Below, one piece after another: positions 1 through 12,706 of a stretch of 64,000 nucleotides of DNA. The stretch is taken from NCBI GenBank assembly GCA_043228905.1, contig JBHGNT010000014.1:6448001-6512000 (forward strand), read 5' to 3'. The notes beneath the pieces are model-generated. The model was not told the DNA's origin, did no database searches, and saw nothing but the letters and a program-made list of their open reading frames with translations. Position 1 is the stretch's first letter. Each line of letters starts with the position of its first letter. Position numbers and translations under genes: made by a program. The DNA is from Azolla caroliniana (Eukaryota; Plantae; Polypodiophyta).

Positions 1-1017
1 ACCAAAGCTTTCATAAGTTACACATTAAGTGTAACAAACCCCCTTGTATTGAATGGTGTGAACTTGAATGTCATCACTATCCAGGTGTTGGAAGAATGCC
101 CAATTCCTTGCGAAAATATTCAAACGTTTCTCGTGATAAGCCTTGGTGAAAATGTTAGCAACATTTTCATGAGTTGGTACATAGACCAAGTTTATCTCTT
201 TAGCATGGAACTGCTCCCCCACATAATGATAGTGCACCTCAATGTGTTTTGTTCGTGCATGGAAGATAGGATTTCTTGCAATATCCATGGCACTTTGACT
301 ATCTGTAAATATACAAGTAGGAGATGGTTGCTGAAGTGACAAATTGGACAATAATCTCTTGAGCCAAACTCACTCTACTGTAGCACTGAATGCTGCTCTA
401 CAACTTGATGTTGCCACTGTTGGCTGTTTCTTGCTGAGCCAGGAAACATAGGAATTGTTGATCATGAAACAATTGCCACTATGTGAGACACGAGTGTTGT
501 AGCAGCCAGCCCAATCACTATCAGTGAATGTTGTTAAAGTAGATGAATTGTCTTCTCCATAGAAGAGGCTGAAATCCACAATGCCTTTGAGGTAACGGAA
601 AACTCACTTGGCTGCTTGCCAATGCTTTGTTCTAGGGTTGTGCATAAACCTGCTTAATTGTGAAACGGCATATTGAATGTCAGGTCACGTGTTGCACAAA
701 AATATCAAACAACCTACACCTTGCTGGTATAAGAGTACATCAATTGGTTCTACTTTGTCTTGGTATGAGAATTTGAATCTTGCTTCTACAAGGGTGGAGA
801 TTGGCTTGCACTCGTCAAACCTGAATCGTTGTAGGAGCTTCTCTTCAAACCTATATTCACACCTAACAGTTACTTAACTAGGTTCATACTATTCTAAGTA
901 TGTTTACACCCAACAACTACTTAACTAGGTTCACACTATTTTAACTATGTTTACACCCAACGACTACTTAACTAGGTTCACACGAAAGCTTTCATAAGTT
1001 ACACATTCAGTGTAACA
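1..1017 (-). mobile_element. Internally deleted Ty1/copia element: partial 5' LTR (1017 to ~850) joined to RT/RNase H remnant, PPT and start of 3' LTR (36 to 1)
   Basis: ORFs 25-351 and 370-579 carry DSDWAG, SKKQPTVA and HARTKHIEVHYHY motifs. The sequence aaagctttcataagttacacatt.agtgtaaca occurs at 4-36 and 985-1017. Minus-strand PPT aagggggtt precedes TG at 36. It interrupts a plus-strand copia RT at 1018. Confidence 0.75.
871..983. repeat. 47-bp tandem repeat (~2.4 copies) within the LTR
   Basis: tacttaactaggttca starts at 871, 918 and 965. Confidence 0.85.
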
Positions 1018-2321
1018 TGGGGGACCTTCATTACTTCCTCAGGATCAAAGTGATCCAAACCTCCGACAACATATTGATAAGCCAAAGACATTATGTGCTG
1101 AATATGCTGTTCAAATTCGGCATGATTGACTGTTGATCCGTCTCAACTTCTCTGGACAGAAATGTCAAGCTTCGCCACAATTCCACCTCAGCATGCGACG
1201 AGACACGGTTCCGAAAAATTGTCAGAAGCCTAATTTATTTGACGATCACCCAGCCGAATCTTAGTTATCCAATCGGGCTGATCAGTTGATTTATGTCCAA
1301 GCTGACGGCCGATCACCTTCAGTGCGTGCATCGGATATTGAGGTATGTTAGCAGCTCTAAAGACCGTGCATTGCTGTATCGGACTGGTGTAGCCGAACAA
1401 CTAGTTGGTTACACGGATGCCGATTGGGCCGGAAATGTCGGTGATCGCCAATCGACATTGGGATATGCGTTCTCATGGGGACAGCTGAATGAGCTGAGAG
1501 AATGGAAGGGAGCAAATTGACTAAGGGGAGACCAGTCGACAAGGGGAGCAACGGAGAGGACGAGCCGGAGCCAACCGAAGGCAAGAGGAGAGCTGATGGT
1601 GAAGACGAATCGGAGACAACTATTTGGATGAAGGAAATGATTCGGTCGAGCCGAATCATGTGAGTGCCGAACGGATGAGAAGGCAGCCGAAACTGACGCC
1701 GAGAAGCAGAAGCCGACGAGTTAAAGGACGCTAAAGTCGTAGAAGCAAGAAGAAAACTGACGAACGTCTTGGGAGCAAACAAGAGCAAGACCGAATGGGT
1801 CAAGGAGCACAGGACCGAACGTGTCAAGGAGAGCGGGATCGAACGGGTCGTGGAGCACGGGCCAAAAGGCATGCAGCCAGGAGAAGCTGGAGCAAAGGAC
1901 CGGCTAGAGTTGACGGTGACCTCAAGTTGAGCTTGAGGGGGAGTGTTGACTGACAAGCTCAACATGGGCTGAATAGGCTAAAGGCCAAAAGGCCGAATCG
2001 GTAGAAGAAGCCGACAGCCAGATCGACTGGGAGTCGATAGGCCGTTAGGGCCTATATTCCTATTCTTAGTAATAGGCAATCAATGTCATATGCTCACTTA
2101 TGAGCATTCAAGTACTTGTGTCAGCCCATACTGAATTGTATAAAAAGTGATGTATGAGCACATTTTATGTACAGAGTATTATCATTTTGAATTGAATCTA
2201 TTGTCTGCTAACTCTGTCTCTCTCTCACATTGTCTACTCCATTCTCTGTGTATACCTAACTGAGTACTGTTGTCCGGCTGTGTTTGATTTGTTTGCAAGC
2301 TTCCGCATACAAACTTTCACA
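1018..2321 (+). mobile_element. Degenerate Ty1/copia 3' part (RT/RNase H remnant, spacer, PPT, 3' LTR 1944-2321)
   Basis: GDLHYFL at 1018; GYTDADWAG in ORF 1293-1520; PPT gagcttgagggggag then TGTTGA at 1944; LTR end gcttccgc...ttcaca resembles the other copia LTRs in the window. Confidence 0.8.
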
Positions 2322-3874
2322 ATTTACTTATAGTGAATCCCTTGAGCTTTTTCTATGACATGGAAATATGTTCTCATTGTCTTTCATCCAGGCAGGGGCT
2401 GTATTCAATGACGAGCCCTTACTTTATCATATTCTTGAATTATTTTTTTCTTTAGAATAATTCTGTGTTTTGCCTTCAATTTAGGTATATTATTTGTATA
2501 TTGTTTGTCCTCATGCTCTGGTGCCATGCAACTTTGTGACAAATGTTCCCGACTCCTTCCTGAAGGCTTCTTTATTTAACTGAGATTAAAAGAAAAACTC
2601 AACACTCAAATCCAAAGATTTTACATTAATCTATTTAGCAAGAATTTTTCCTCTGTAAAAAATGTGAGATTAAAGCTTACTTTTCAGAAGCCATTCTCTT
2701 CTTCTGTATGTTTCGTGATTGTAAAAGAAGACTTGGGCACTAAACATTGGATGTAAAGAACATGAAGAAATATGGTCATCAAGGTGAATAATTGAGTGAC
2801 TATGTATGTTGAAGGGAAATTTGGTTCTTGATAGCTCATACCCTCTTGCTTCTACACAGCTAACTAAACTTGGATGCCATGTTGTTGTTGCCAATTACTC
2901 TTGTGATATTCTCAAGTTTTGTAGGTCTTCTACAAAACTGCATTTTCTCTTCTTTTGCAGCATAGAGACATAGAGAGATGTAGGTCGTTTCTTATTTGGT
3001 GGTGGCCATTAGTTTAGGTTCACTTAAAAGAAGATTGTCTCTTAATTTCACCTGTTTCTTTTCGGTCGATTTAACTAATTATAGTATTTATGGCTTGTGA
3101 CATTTTCAAACCTAAAGTTTTCTTGGAAAATGTAGTAGACCATTTTATTATATGTATCAAAGTATCAATTCACAGCTTACAGTTTTGAGTGATAGAATCA
3201 TGGCTTAAAGATGCATACAAAAGCTTAAATCATGTCCTTTTCAGTCCATAGAAGCTGCATAAACATGTTCCATTCAGCAAACCTTAATCTTTATCACTCA
3301 ATATGACTAATCTGCATAACTGTCCAATCTCTTCATAGAATAAAAAAATCCTCTCCCTCCAATCCATGCATGGAGGGTAAAAATTTCAGTGTTCAGAATT
3401 TCCTAGAAAGAAAGATTGTAGGTGAGGATATACAACTGAAAAAGAAGAGTCAGCAGGAACTTTGGGAATGACTTGGAAACTATGAGTTTGCAATCAAAAT
3501 TCAATTACAATACGTTGAAAGAACAACTACCTACCGAGAGTATACAATGGTCAGTGTAAAATTAACAGGACTTGTGTAGACTGCTGGAACTGTGAATCGA
3601 TAAATGATTTACAAATAATACAGCTAAATCTAAGGATAAAACTCTTTATTACTTTATTTTTTTTGTGGTAATGTTGCATAAGCCAGTAACAGCAGAAAAT
3701 ACCACAACCTATATATGAGCTATCAATTTTAATAGCAAGGACATTGACAAATGACCTCAATGACCAATAAAACCAAGAAACGTCGCTCTAATCATATGAA
3801 CCCAAAAGCCTTAATGCAATAACATAATACCAATGTGCAATATGCACATATCAAGATAAAAACAATGGACAGAC

Positions 3875-6103
3875 CTGCAGCTTCAGTTGAATGGGATCCA
3901 GGTGCAACCTTGATATCCACCTAAAATAAAACAAGACAAGATCAACATAATCCTCAATAAAATAAACACAAATATTATCAACGTGATAATTGCTGTCAAG
4001 TGACATGGCTGCTCTCAACTTTCACGCATGCAATTATTCCATTTCATTTACAAAAGATTGAAAACACAGCCTACAATTGTCTCATATATACATATACATA
4101 CACACTTTCATATATACATACATATATACATACATATATGCATATATATACATATACATACATATATATGTATATATATATATATATATATAACTCAGTT
4201 AACATTTGGGATCAAATCCAAAATTTTCAACTTCAACCAGCTGTACTTTCCAGAGTCAGACAATCAAACTACAAAATATCAGATGAATCACTATTACTAA
4301 ATATCAGATGAATCACTCTCAAACTGGATTGCTGATTCACATCTGACCTTCTGGAATGCAGCAGTTTATCTTTCTACCAAGAATATAGGATGTGGAAATA
4401 GAAGAATACATTTGTTTGATAATATGGAAGAATATAACAGGATATTTGCTTTATTTTACAAAATGGATTAATTGCCTAGAAGGGACAGCAATTACCTTGA
4501 ACCGACTCGGAAGGCACCGTAGCAGCTGTACACGCACACATAAGCCAATGACAGTTGCCATGCTACAATGTTGAACGGTTGGTGTAAATAGCACTCTGGA
4601 AAGAACACTATTTTTTACAATAGGAAGTTGGAAACCTAAATGGATACACACACAGGCAAATACAGACATACATAAATATTCTTTATACATATGCATATGA
4701 ATATTATAGACATATGCACGCGGACGTGTGTGTATGTACTAGGTGCATGTGTACTGGAGTATTTGGATTCCAGGGTTATTTGAGCTTCTTATTGCAGATT
4801 ATATGTATGCAGTTTATTTCAGCCTTTATAAGCAGTGGTATTATAACTGCCGGAAGAAGATTAAACCATCATTTTAATATCCTGTGTATTGTTATATGAA
4901 TCACAGTAGATTTCAGTATGTAAGAGCATGCGTATTGAGACATAGCAAATTTTAGTCTATCTATTTCCATAGCTGAAGATGTACTTCAGTACATACAATA
5001 ATATATTTCAGGTTTCATACAGCATGTTTCAATATGTATCGAGTATGAATATGTGAACACAGCATTGTAAATTTTACAACTCTGTAGTTGTACTATATTT
5101 CAGTTGTAAACAGATCTGTGGTATTTTCTTGTAATTACTTATCATTTCAGAAATATAAGGGAACTTGGAGAAGTAATATCTGTTGCTTTCACGAACTATG
5201 TTTAAAATACATCATTCCTTCTATCTATTATAACACTAAAAACGCATCATCATGTTTCGTTCTATCTATTTGAACAGTGTAAACATATCATGTACCTAAC
5301 ATGTTTGCACCGGTGTCTACTTAAACATTGTGAACCTATATCTATTTGAACATTGAAAAAATCTCATGTTCGACTCTAGTTTAAAATTACCAAGTTTAGT
5401 TCAATCTATTTGAATGCAAGCAACACTTACTCAACACGGTTTCGCTTGTGGTCGACAGAGATACTGTCTTCTGATACCACATTGAGTTGCTCTAGAGAGT
5501 ACGGATGTTCAGGATCTTTGATATCCCTTATATGATGTACAAAGAACAGTTAAGAAAATTTTTCTTTCTTAACCATGACAACATACAAAGAAAGAATATC
5601 GCCCATCAGTGTTTACAAAGAAGGAAGCATAGAAATCATCAGACTTTGCACAGAAGATTATAATTAATCAGCCTTTAAATGAAGAACGCAAAGAATTCGT
5701 CAATCTTTATAAAGAAGAAGCCATAGAGTTCATCCGTCTCTAACAAATAGAACATAGAATTCTCTATTCTTTATTAAAAAGATCGCCAATGTTTTACAAA
5801 GGGAAGAAAGCGCCGACTTCATCAACGATATTTACAAAGAAGAAAATATAGAATACAGGAAACCAATAGGGATTTTAAGAAATCGGTTGTTTAGATAGAG
5901 AGAGAGAGAGAGAGAGAGAAGAAACCAATAGGAAATTTCAGAAGAAGCAAAACAAGTGAAGGAAAAGAACGTTGAAGGATATCGAAGACTTCAATGGCGT
6001 CGATGAGCTCGGCGGAAGATTCGTCTGTGCTACTGTCCTTCCTTGCAGGTCTATCTTTCCTCTCATGAACCACTGGATTTGCATTGATCAGAGAAGCGGC
6101 CAT
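3875..6103 (-). CDS. AE7: Cytosolic Fe-S assembly component CIA2/AE7 (MIP18/FAM96 family), 3'-partial. Exons 6103-5983, 5536-5431, 4595-4496, 3920-3875; last exon not found in the window
   Basis: Spliced frame [12 protein letters not shown]...[24 protein letters not shown]...[48 protein letters not shown] matches the CIA2 signatures DPEHP and TPTxxHCSMA. Exon lengths 121/106/100/46 keep the frame. Introns 2 and 3 are GT-AG. Confidence 0.95.
4084..4192. repeat. (TA)/(TACA) microsatellite in AE7 intron 3
   Basis: Direct inspection. Confidence 0.9.
5537..5982 (-). other. U12-type (minor spliceosome) AT-AC intron 1 of AE7
   Basis: 5' end ATATCCTT at 5982; branch site TTCTTAAC at 5556-5549, 12 nt before the terminal AC at 5537; splicing restores the GAT (Asp) codon in frame. 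Confidence 0.92.
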
Positions 6104-7004
6104 CGAGGGAGGAGGAGGAGGAGAAGAAGAAGAAGAAGGAAACGAGTACTCTGCTCTCTTGTGTCTCGATTGCAGAGAGAATCCACGGAAGAAGAAAGAA
6201 GAAGAGGAAAGAGGAATTGTTGAAATTTACAAAACTAACCCTCATTCCTCTCCCAATCTCACTCCTGCTCTTGGGTGAAAGCACAAACAATCAATCAATT
6301 AATTTAATTATGTACATACATATGTATGTATACGAATAATGTAGAGAGAGGGAGTAGCAATATCATTCATTCTCGGATGGAGCCTTAAGTAGCAACAATT
6401 TCGGAGTTGAAAATGGTTTTCGCCTCCTTCATCAAGCTCAATAGGAGGTGGAGGATGAGGAGGATCAACACGATCTGGATTAGAGTACGACGCATAAGGC
6501 TCCAAGAGTGATACATAGAACACTCGATGAAGAAGCCTTTGAGGAGGGAGATCGAGACGAAAAGCAATGTCATCGATATGCTCAGTGTTTACATATGGAC
6601 CAAGGCATTGATCAAAGACGTTGATCATCTATCTTGTTGCAAGGGTTGGTGGTCTTTACATTACGTCGTAAGTCATACACAATCTCCAACTCGAAATTTG
6701 GGTCTTTTTTATGTTGACTCAATTCGATGATGATTTGCAAATTTCTTATGGGTGGCTTTGAGCATTATGTAAATGGTAAGAAAGAGCAACATGAATTTCT
6801 TGAAGATGGCATAGCATGATTTTTCACAATTTTTGGATGCTCAAGCATTGTCCAATGGGGATGGAAACCCATGGTGGCAAAGAAGTCAATAAATTTGGTA
6901 GAAGAATAAATCAAGAAAACAAACTCCGCAAAATGCAAATAGTCAACCCAATAATCTTGTTGATTGTTGATAGTTGATAAAATACTAAAGGTACTATTCC
7001 AATG

Positions 7005-10000
7005 TGTAGAAAGTAGCGTGCGGAAGCAAGTATGAAGACAGAACAGAGGAAGGAAACTCGGGTTCAATGGAGAGCTTAGGCTTACACGGTATAAGCAGGA
7101 GAGACAGAGAGAGAAACACAAAAAACTATATTCAACAATAATACTCAATCTCTGTACATAAGACGTGCTCAGTGAACACTTTTATACAAGCCCTAGAAGG
7201 ACTGACCGAAGTACTGACAGTACTTCAATGCTCATCAAGAGCCCCTACACTAACTCCCAAATATATTCCTCACGGAATATCTTTCCTAACGACCTCCCGG
7301 TTTATGTACTCGGCCTAACCGATCGGTCCCAAACGATCCGGTCCTCGGCTTCTTCAGCCGATCCGGCCGATGTTGAGCTTGTCTCTCAACACTCCCCCTC
7401 AAGCTCAACTTGAGGCTCTTCGGGATCTTCATAGCACCGGTTCCTCCTGGCTTCTCGCCTCGCTCGCGCTCCTCGACCTGTTTGACTCCGCGCGCTTCGA
7501 CCCTTCCGATCGGCTTGTCTACTCATGTGGCCCTCATAAGCTCTTCTGTTGTTGCGGTGTTGACGCTTCTTCTGCTGCCTTTTCTTCCGCTTGGGCCTCG
7601 ATTGATTCAGCGTGTCTGAATCAAACATCCGAATCGACTCGGCTACCTCCGATCGGTTTTCGCTCTCGTCCGAGTTGACTGTCTCCAACTCGTCTTCGGT
7701 CTTCTCGCCCTCGATGGCGTCATCTTCCCCATGCGTGGTTGGCTTTGGCTCTCTCCTTTGGTTGCTCCCCTTCTGTTCGCTTCCGGACTTTTCCGCGGGT
7801 CCGCCCTCGGCTTCTTCAGCCGATCCGAAGTCGCCCTCGGCTTCTTCAGCCGATCCGTCTTCAACCGAGTCAACAAACGAGTCAACCGACTCGGTGTCAT
7901 GGTCACCGCTCCTTTCCTACTGCCTTGCTTGGTCGTTCGGGACTGTTCTCCCCCTCAAGTTCGGCACGTCGAGGTGACGCAACCCGAGTGCACCTGAGAA
8001 TTGCCGCAACTTGTCCAGACCAAGAGGCTTGGTGAAGATGTCGGCAGTCTGCCGATCCGTCGGAACGTACTGAAGTTCGACTTCACCAGAAAGGACACGC
8101 TCACGAACGAAATGGTAGTGCACCTCAATGTGCTTGGTCCGTGCGTGGAAGACAGGGTTTTTCGTGAGCTGGATGTTGTTGAGGTTGTCGCAGTAGATCG
8201 TCGTCGGATCGGACACCTCCTCTTGCAGGTCCTTAAGTAGCCGCTTTAACCATATGGCTTCGCATGTCGCGACAGCCGCTCCTCGGTACTCAACTTCGGT
8301 GCTCGACAGTGCAACTGTCGGCTGCTTCTTACTGCTCCACGCGATCGCGGCACTCCCGAGGGAGAACGCGTATCCAGATGTGGATCGGCGATCGGCGGCG
8401 TTGCCAGCCCAATCAGCATCGGTGTAGTTGACTAACTGCGCAGCTGCACCGGTCCGATATAGCAGTCCCCGGTCCTTAGTGCCGTTGACATACCGAAGTA
8501 TGCGTTGCGCACACTGAAGGTGCTCCTCGATAGGTTGCACCATGAGCTGACTGATCACCCCGACCGGATAACTGAGGTCGGGTCGGGTGATGGTCAAGTA
8601 TATAAGGCTTCCGACAATTTGTCGGAACCTCGTCGGGTCGCATACCTTTCCCGTATCAGGACGAAGCTTGACGGTTCTGTCCAGAGGAGTCGAGATGAAC
8701 TTACAGTCGGCCATCCCGAGTTTGAAGAGCATACTCAGCACGTAATGACGTTGGCTGATCAATATGCCTTCGGGGGTACGGATCACTTCGATCCCGAGGA
8801 AGTAATGAAGGTCCCCCAGATCCTTCATGTCGAATGATGCCGCAAGCTGGAGCTTCACGCGGTCGATTTCACCTAGGTCAGCGCCGGTGATGACCAAGTC
8901 ATCAACATACAGTAAAATACTAACCGGTCCGAGTCGACCTGTCCGGATGAACAGGGAAGAGTCCGATTTTGACGTGACGAAGCCCATTCGACGCAGTTGT
9001 TGCGTGATCTTCGCGTTCCAGGCAAGCGGGGCTTACTTCAGTCCGTAAAGGGACTTCTTCAGTCGGCATACTGCCGAGGAGTTCGTTCCGGAGTGAAATC
9101 TGGGGGGTTGTACCATGTACACCTGTTCCTCAAGGTCACCTTGCAGGAACGCATTCTTTACATCCATCTGTGTAAGTGCCACCCCTTGGCCGCGGCTATT
9201 GCGAGCAAAACACGGACGATCGTCATTTTCGCGACCGGCGCAAACGTCTCATCGTAGTCGATGCCGTGTTTCTGCGCGTAGCCCTTTGCCACTAGCTGAG
9301 CCTTGTACCGGTTGACCGAGCCATCGGTGTTGTACTTGACCTTGTACACCCACCTACACCCGATCGGCTTCACACCCTTCGGTGCGTCAACCAGGTCCCA
9401 GATCTCGTTCTCCGCCAATGCGTGCATCTCTTCCTCCATCCCGGCACGCCAAGTCGCGTCTTTAGCCGCTTCTGCGTAGCTCTCCGGCTCACGCACTTCC
9501 GCTACACGGGTCATGTACGCATAATGATGCGCCATGTACTCGTTGTATCCGAACCGCACAACTGGGTTCTTCTGGCGGGTAGATCGGCGTAATCTCAAAT
9601 TAGCCGATGTCGAGGCCTTCTCGGTTGACGCGGTCTTCACCTTTAAAGACCCGTCACCGGTTCCCTCAGAGTCGGACTCGCGTCGGTCTGACTCGTTCCT
9701 TTCTGTGCCGGAATCCGACACCTTCTTCTTCCCTTTCTCTTTGCGCGTAAGCCGTCTCCTCGGCTTCCTGCGCGGGGAATGCACGGCTGAGTCTCCACTA
9801 CTCGCCGGCTCTTCATTGGACTGGTCGTACCGACTCAGTCGTCCAATCGGTTCACTTAACCGGAGTGAAATCGGACTCTCTTCGCGGGTCTCGATTTTGG
9901 GCTCATCTGGAGGCATCTCGGCCTCGCTGACCTCATCGTCAGAGCTCAGATTGGAGTCGGGGTTCCGAGTCAAGGGCAGGTACCAGGACGCGGACTCGTC

Positions 10001-12706
10001 AAACACAACGTCGCGGCTGACACGCGCTTTTTTGGTGCGAGGGTTATAGCACTTATAACCCTTCTGCTCGTCCGAGTAACCGACCAAGATGCACTTCTCG
10101 GCCTTTGCGTCCAGCTTCCTCCTTTTCTCCTTCAGTACATGCACATACGCAATGCTACCGAACACCCTCAAGTGTCGCAAGTTCGGCTTCGTTCCGAAAT
10201 ATAGCTCGTGCGTCGACACTTTCTCTCCAATCCGGTTCTGGATGTATACCACGTTCCTTACCGCCTCGGCCCAGTAGAACTTGGCCAAGCTCTTCTCCTC
10301 CAGCATTGCCCGTGTTGCTTCCACAATCGACCGATTCTTTCTCTCGACCACGCCGTTCTGCTCCGGCGTGTATCTACAACTGAATTCGCGGCGAATTCCC
10401 ATTTGTTGTAGGTAACCGTTGAATTGACCAGAAAAGTACTCTTTTCCGCCATCCGACCGTAGGCACTTGATCTTCCGTCCCGTTTCGGCTTCCACGAACC
10501 CTTTGAGGTCCCGGAAACAATCGAAGACTTCGCTCTTCCTCTCAATGAGGTAGATCCACGTGTGCCGCGTGTGGTCGTCGATGAAGGAGACGAAATATCG
10601 GCTCCCGCCAAGACTAACGTTTTGTGCCGGCCCCCACACATCCGAGTGTATAAGGTCGAGCTTGTTCCGACTCCGGTTTCGCTCGTTGGGGAAAGGAAGT
10701 CGGTGTTGCTTCCCGAGCTGGCAGGCTTCACAAATTTGTGCCTTTCGGCCACTAAACTTGGGCAATCCGAACACTACCTGTTTCGATTGCAGATCTTGAA
10801 GCCGCTGGTGGTTGACGTGGCCTATCCGCTTGTGCCACAAGTCGATGTCCGACTCGGTCTTTTGTCCCTTTGTGAACATTGCGGTGCCGCCGTCCGTGGA
10901 GTCGAGGATGAACATCCTCCCGTCTCTGCGCCCTTGCGCAATCACATGGCCTTCTTCCTCAATGAAGCACCCGAGGTGTGTAAACCGAACCTCCATCCCT
11001 TGGTCGACGATCTGTCCGACCGAGACCAAGTTCTTCGTGATTGTCGGAACGTGCAGCACGTTCTTGAGTTTCCCTTTCTGCCCGAAATGGCTAAGGGGAA
11101 CTTCTCCGACATTCGCGATCGGATGCGGAGTGTCGTCTCCTATTGTGACTACTCCAGGTTGTATCGGTTTTTCAAGGTACGAGAACCACTCCTTATGGCT
11201 CGTCATGTGGTTTGACGCGCCGGAGTCTACGTACCACACCTCGTCCGATCTCGGGATGCTCTGTTTCATTGAGTTTGCTTCGTGTCTTGTCACGAAGACA
11301 GACCCTTCTCCGGCTCTCCCGGAGTCTTCAGCGTAGTGCGATCGCTGCCGATTTCCCTTGTCGGTATGTCTGGAGCCGTTCCCGAAACCAGTTCTCTCCG
11401 AATCGGCGCGCTTCTTCCAGCACTCACTTTCCCTGTGGCCTTTCTTGCCACAGTACCAGCACTCCGCGATGGCCTTCCCTTGCCGGTTCTCATCGCTTCA
11501 ACTCCCCCTGTTTCCGGAGGGTCCGGAGTTGCTGTCGGCATCACTTCGGTGCCTTCTTTCTTGATCTCGTCGGCCGCCTCCATTGCGTGCCGACTCGCCT
11601 TGTCCTCCACGTCCACGGGGCCTATCTCCCTCCATGTACAACATTCTGCTGTCGGTGTGTGTGCTTGTAGATGCACCCGCGTGGTTCTCCTCTACCAGGA
11701 GCATCGATTGTAAGTCGAAAAAGGACGGTGTATTCTCCCGTGTACACACAGCCGTTCGGAACGCTCCGAACTTCGACGCCAAACCTCCGAGACAGATCTG
11801 GACCATCTCGCTCTCCTCGATGTTCACCTCTATGGAGGCGAGGGAGTCACAGATATCCTTGATCTTAGAGGTATAGTCCGCCACCGACAAGTCGCTTTGT
11901 CGTAGGTTGCTCAACTCCTGTCGGAGCTGAAGCTTCCTGGCTGTGGTGCTTGCGGCGAAAATCTTCTTCAGATTTTCCCATGCACCCTTCGGCGTCTTTG
12001 CATCCCGAACATAGCTCAATAGCTGTTCGCCCACACACGACGCGAAGCAGTAGAGTACCCTGCTCGTTGATTGCTCCCACGACGGGAAGTCTCTATGTGT
12101 CGATTTGGGTGCCGCTTCATTAGCTCCTTCGACATAACTCCAGTAGCCATGCCCGAGCAGGTACTGGTGCATCTTGTAGGACCAAGACGCGTAGTTGGTT
12201 CTGTCGAGCTTCTCTGTTGGAAGCGAGCTCGCCATGCCTCTATCCATCGTTCTTCTTGTTCTTCTTCGTCAAGCTGTGTCGGCTGCAGAGAGGTTCTCAA
12301 CCCTCGCGCTCTGATACCATGTAGAAAGTAGCGTGCGGAAGCAAGTATGAAGACAGAACAGAGGAAGGAAACTCGGGTTCAATGGAGAGCTTAGGCTTAC
12401 ACGGTATATGCAGGAGAGACAAAGAGAGAAACACAAAAAACTATATTCAACAATAATACTCAATCTCTGTACATAAGACTTGCTCAGTGAACACTTTTAT
12501 ACAAGCCCTAGAAGTATTGACCGAAGTACTGACAGTACTTCAATGCTCATCAAGAGCCCCTACACTAACTCCCAAATATATTCCTCACGGAATATCTTTC
12601 CTAACGACCTCCCGGTTTATGTACTCGGCCTAACCGATCGGTCCCAAACGATCCGGTCCTCGGCTTCTTCAGCCGATCCGGCTGATGTTGAGCTTGTCTC
12701 TCAACA
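7005..12706 (-). mobile_element. Full-length Ty1/copia LTR retrotransposon (recent), TSD CAATG
   Basis: 387-bp LTRs at 7005-7391 and 12320-12706 (about 6 mismatches by eye), TG...CA ends; PBS TGGTATCAGAGC (tRNA-iMet) 12319-12308; PPT next to 7392; TSD at 7000-7004 and 12707-12711. Confidence 0.97.
7917..12247 (-). pseudogene. Copia gag-pol, frameshifted (gag 11498-12247; PR-INT-RT 9158-11293; RT/RNase H 7917-8987)
   Basis: WYVDSGASNHM, HHCC zinc finger, LRSDGGKEY, YVDD, DADWAG and TKHIEV motifs; order INT before RT. Confidence 0.95.

Noticed and set aside
4000-4311. Tyr/Ile/His-rich ORFs (also 25584-25862)
   Set aside because: Translations of TA/TACA microsatellites
5891-5982. Read-through of AE7 exon 1 (ILQRSFPS...)
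   Set aside because: This is U12 intron sequence; homology resumes at 5536
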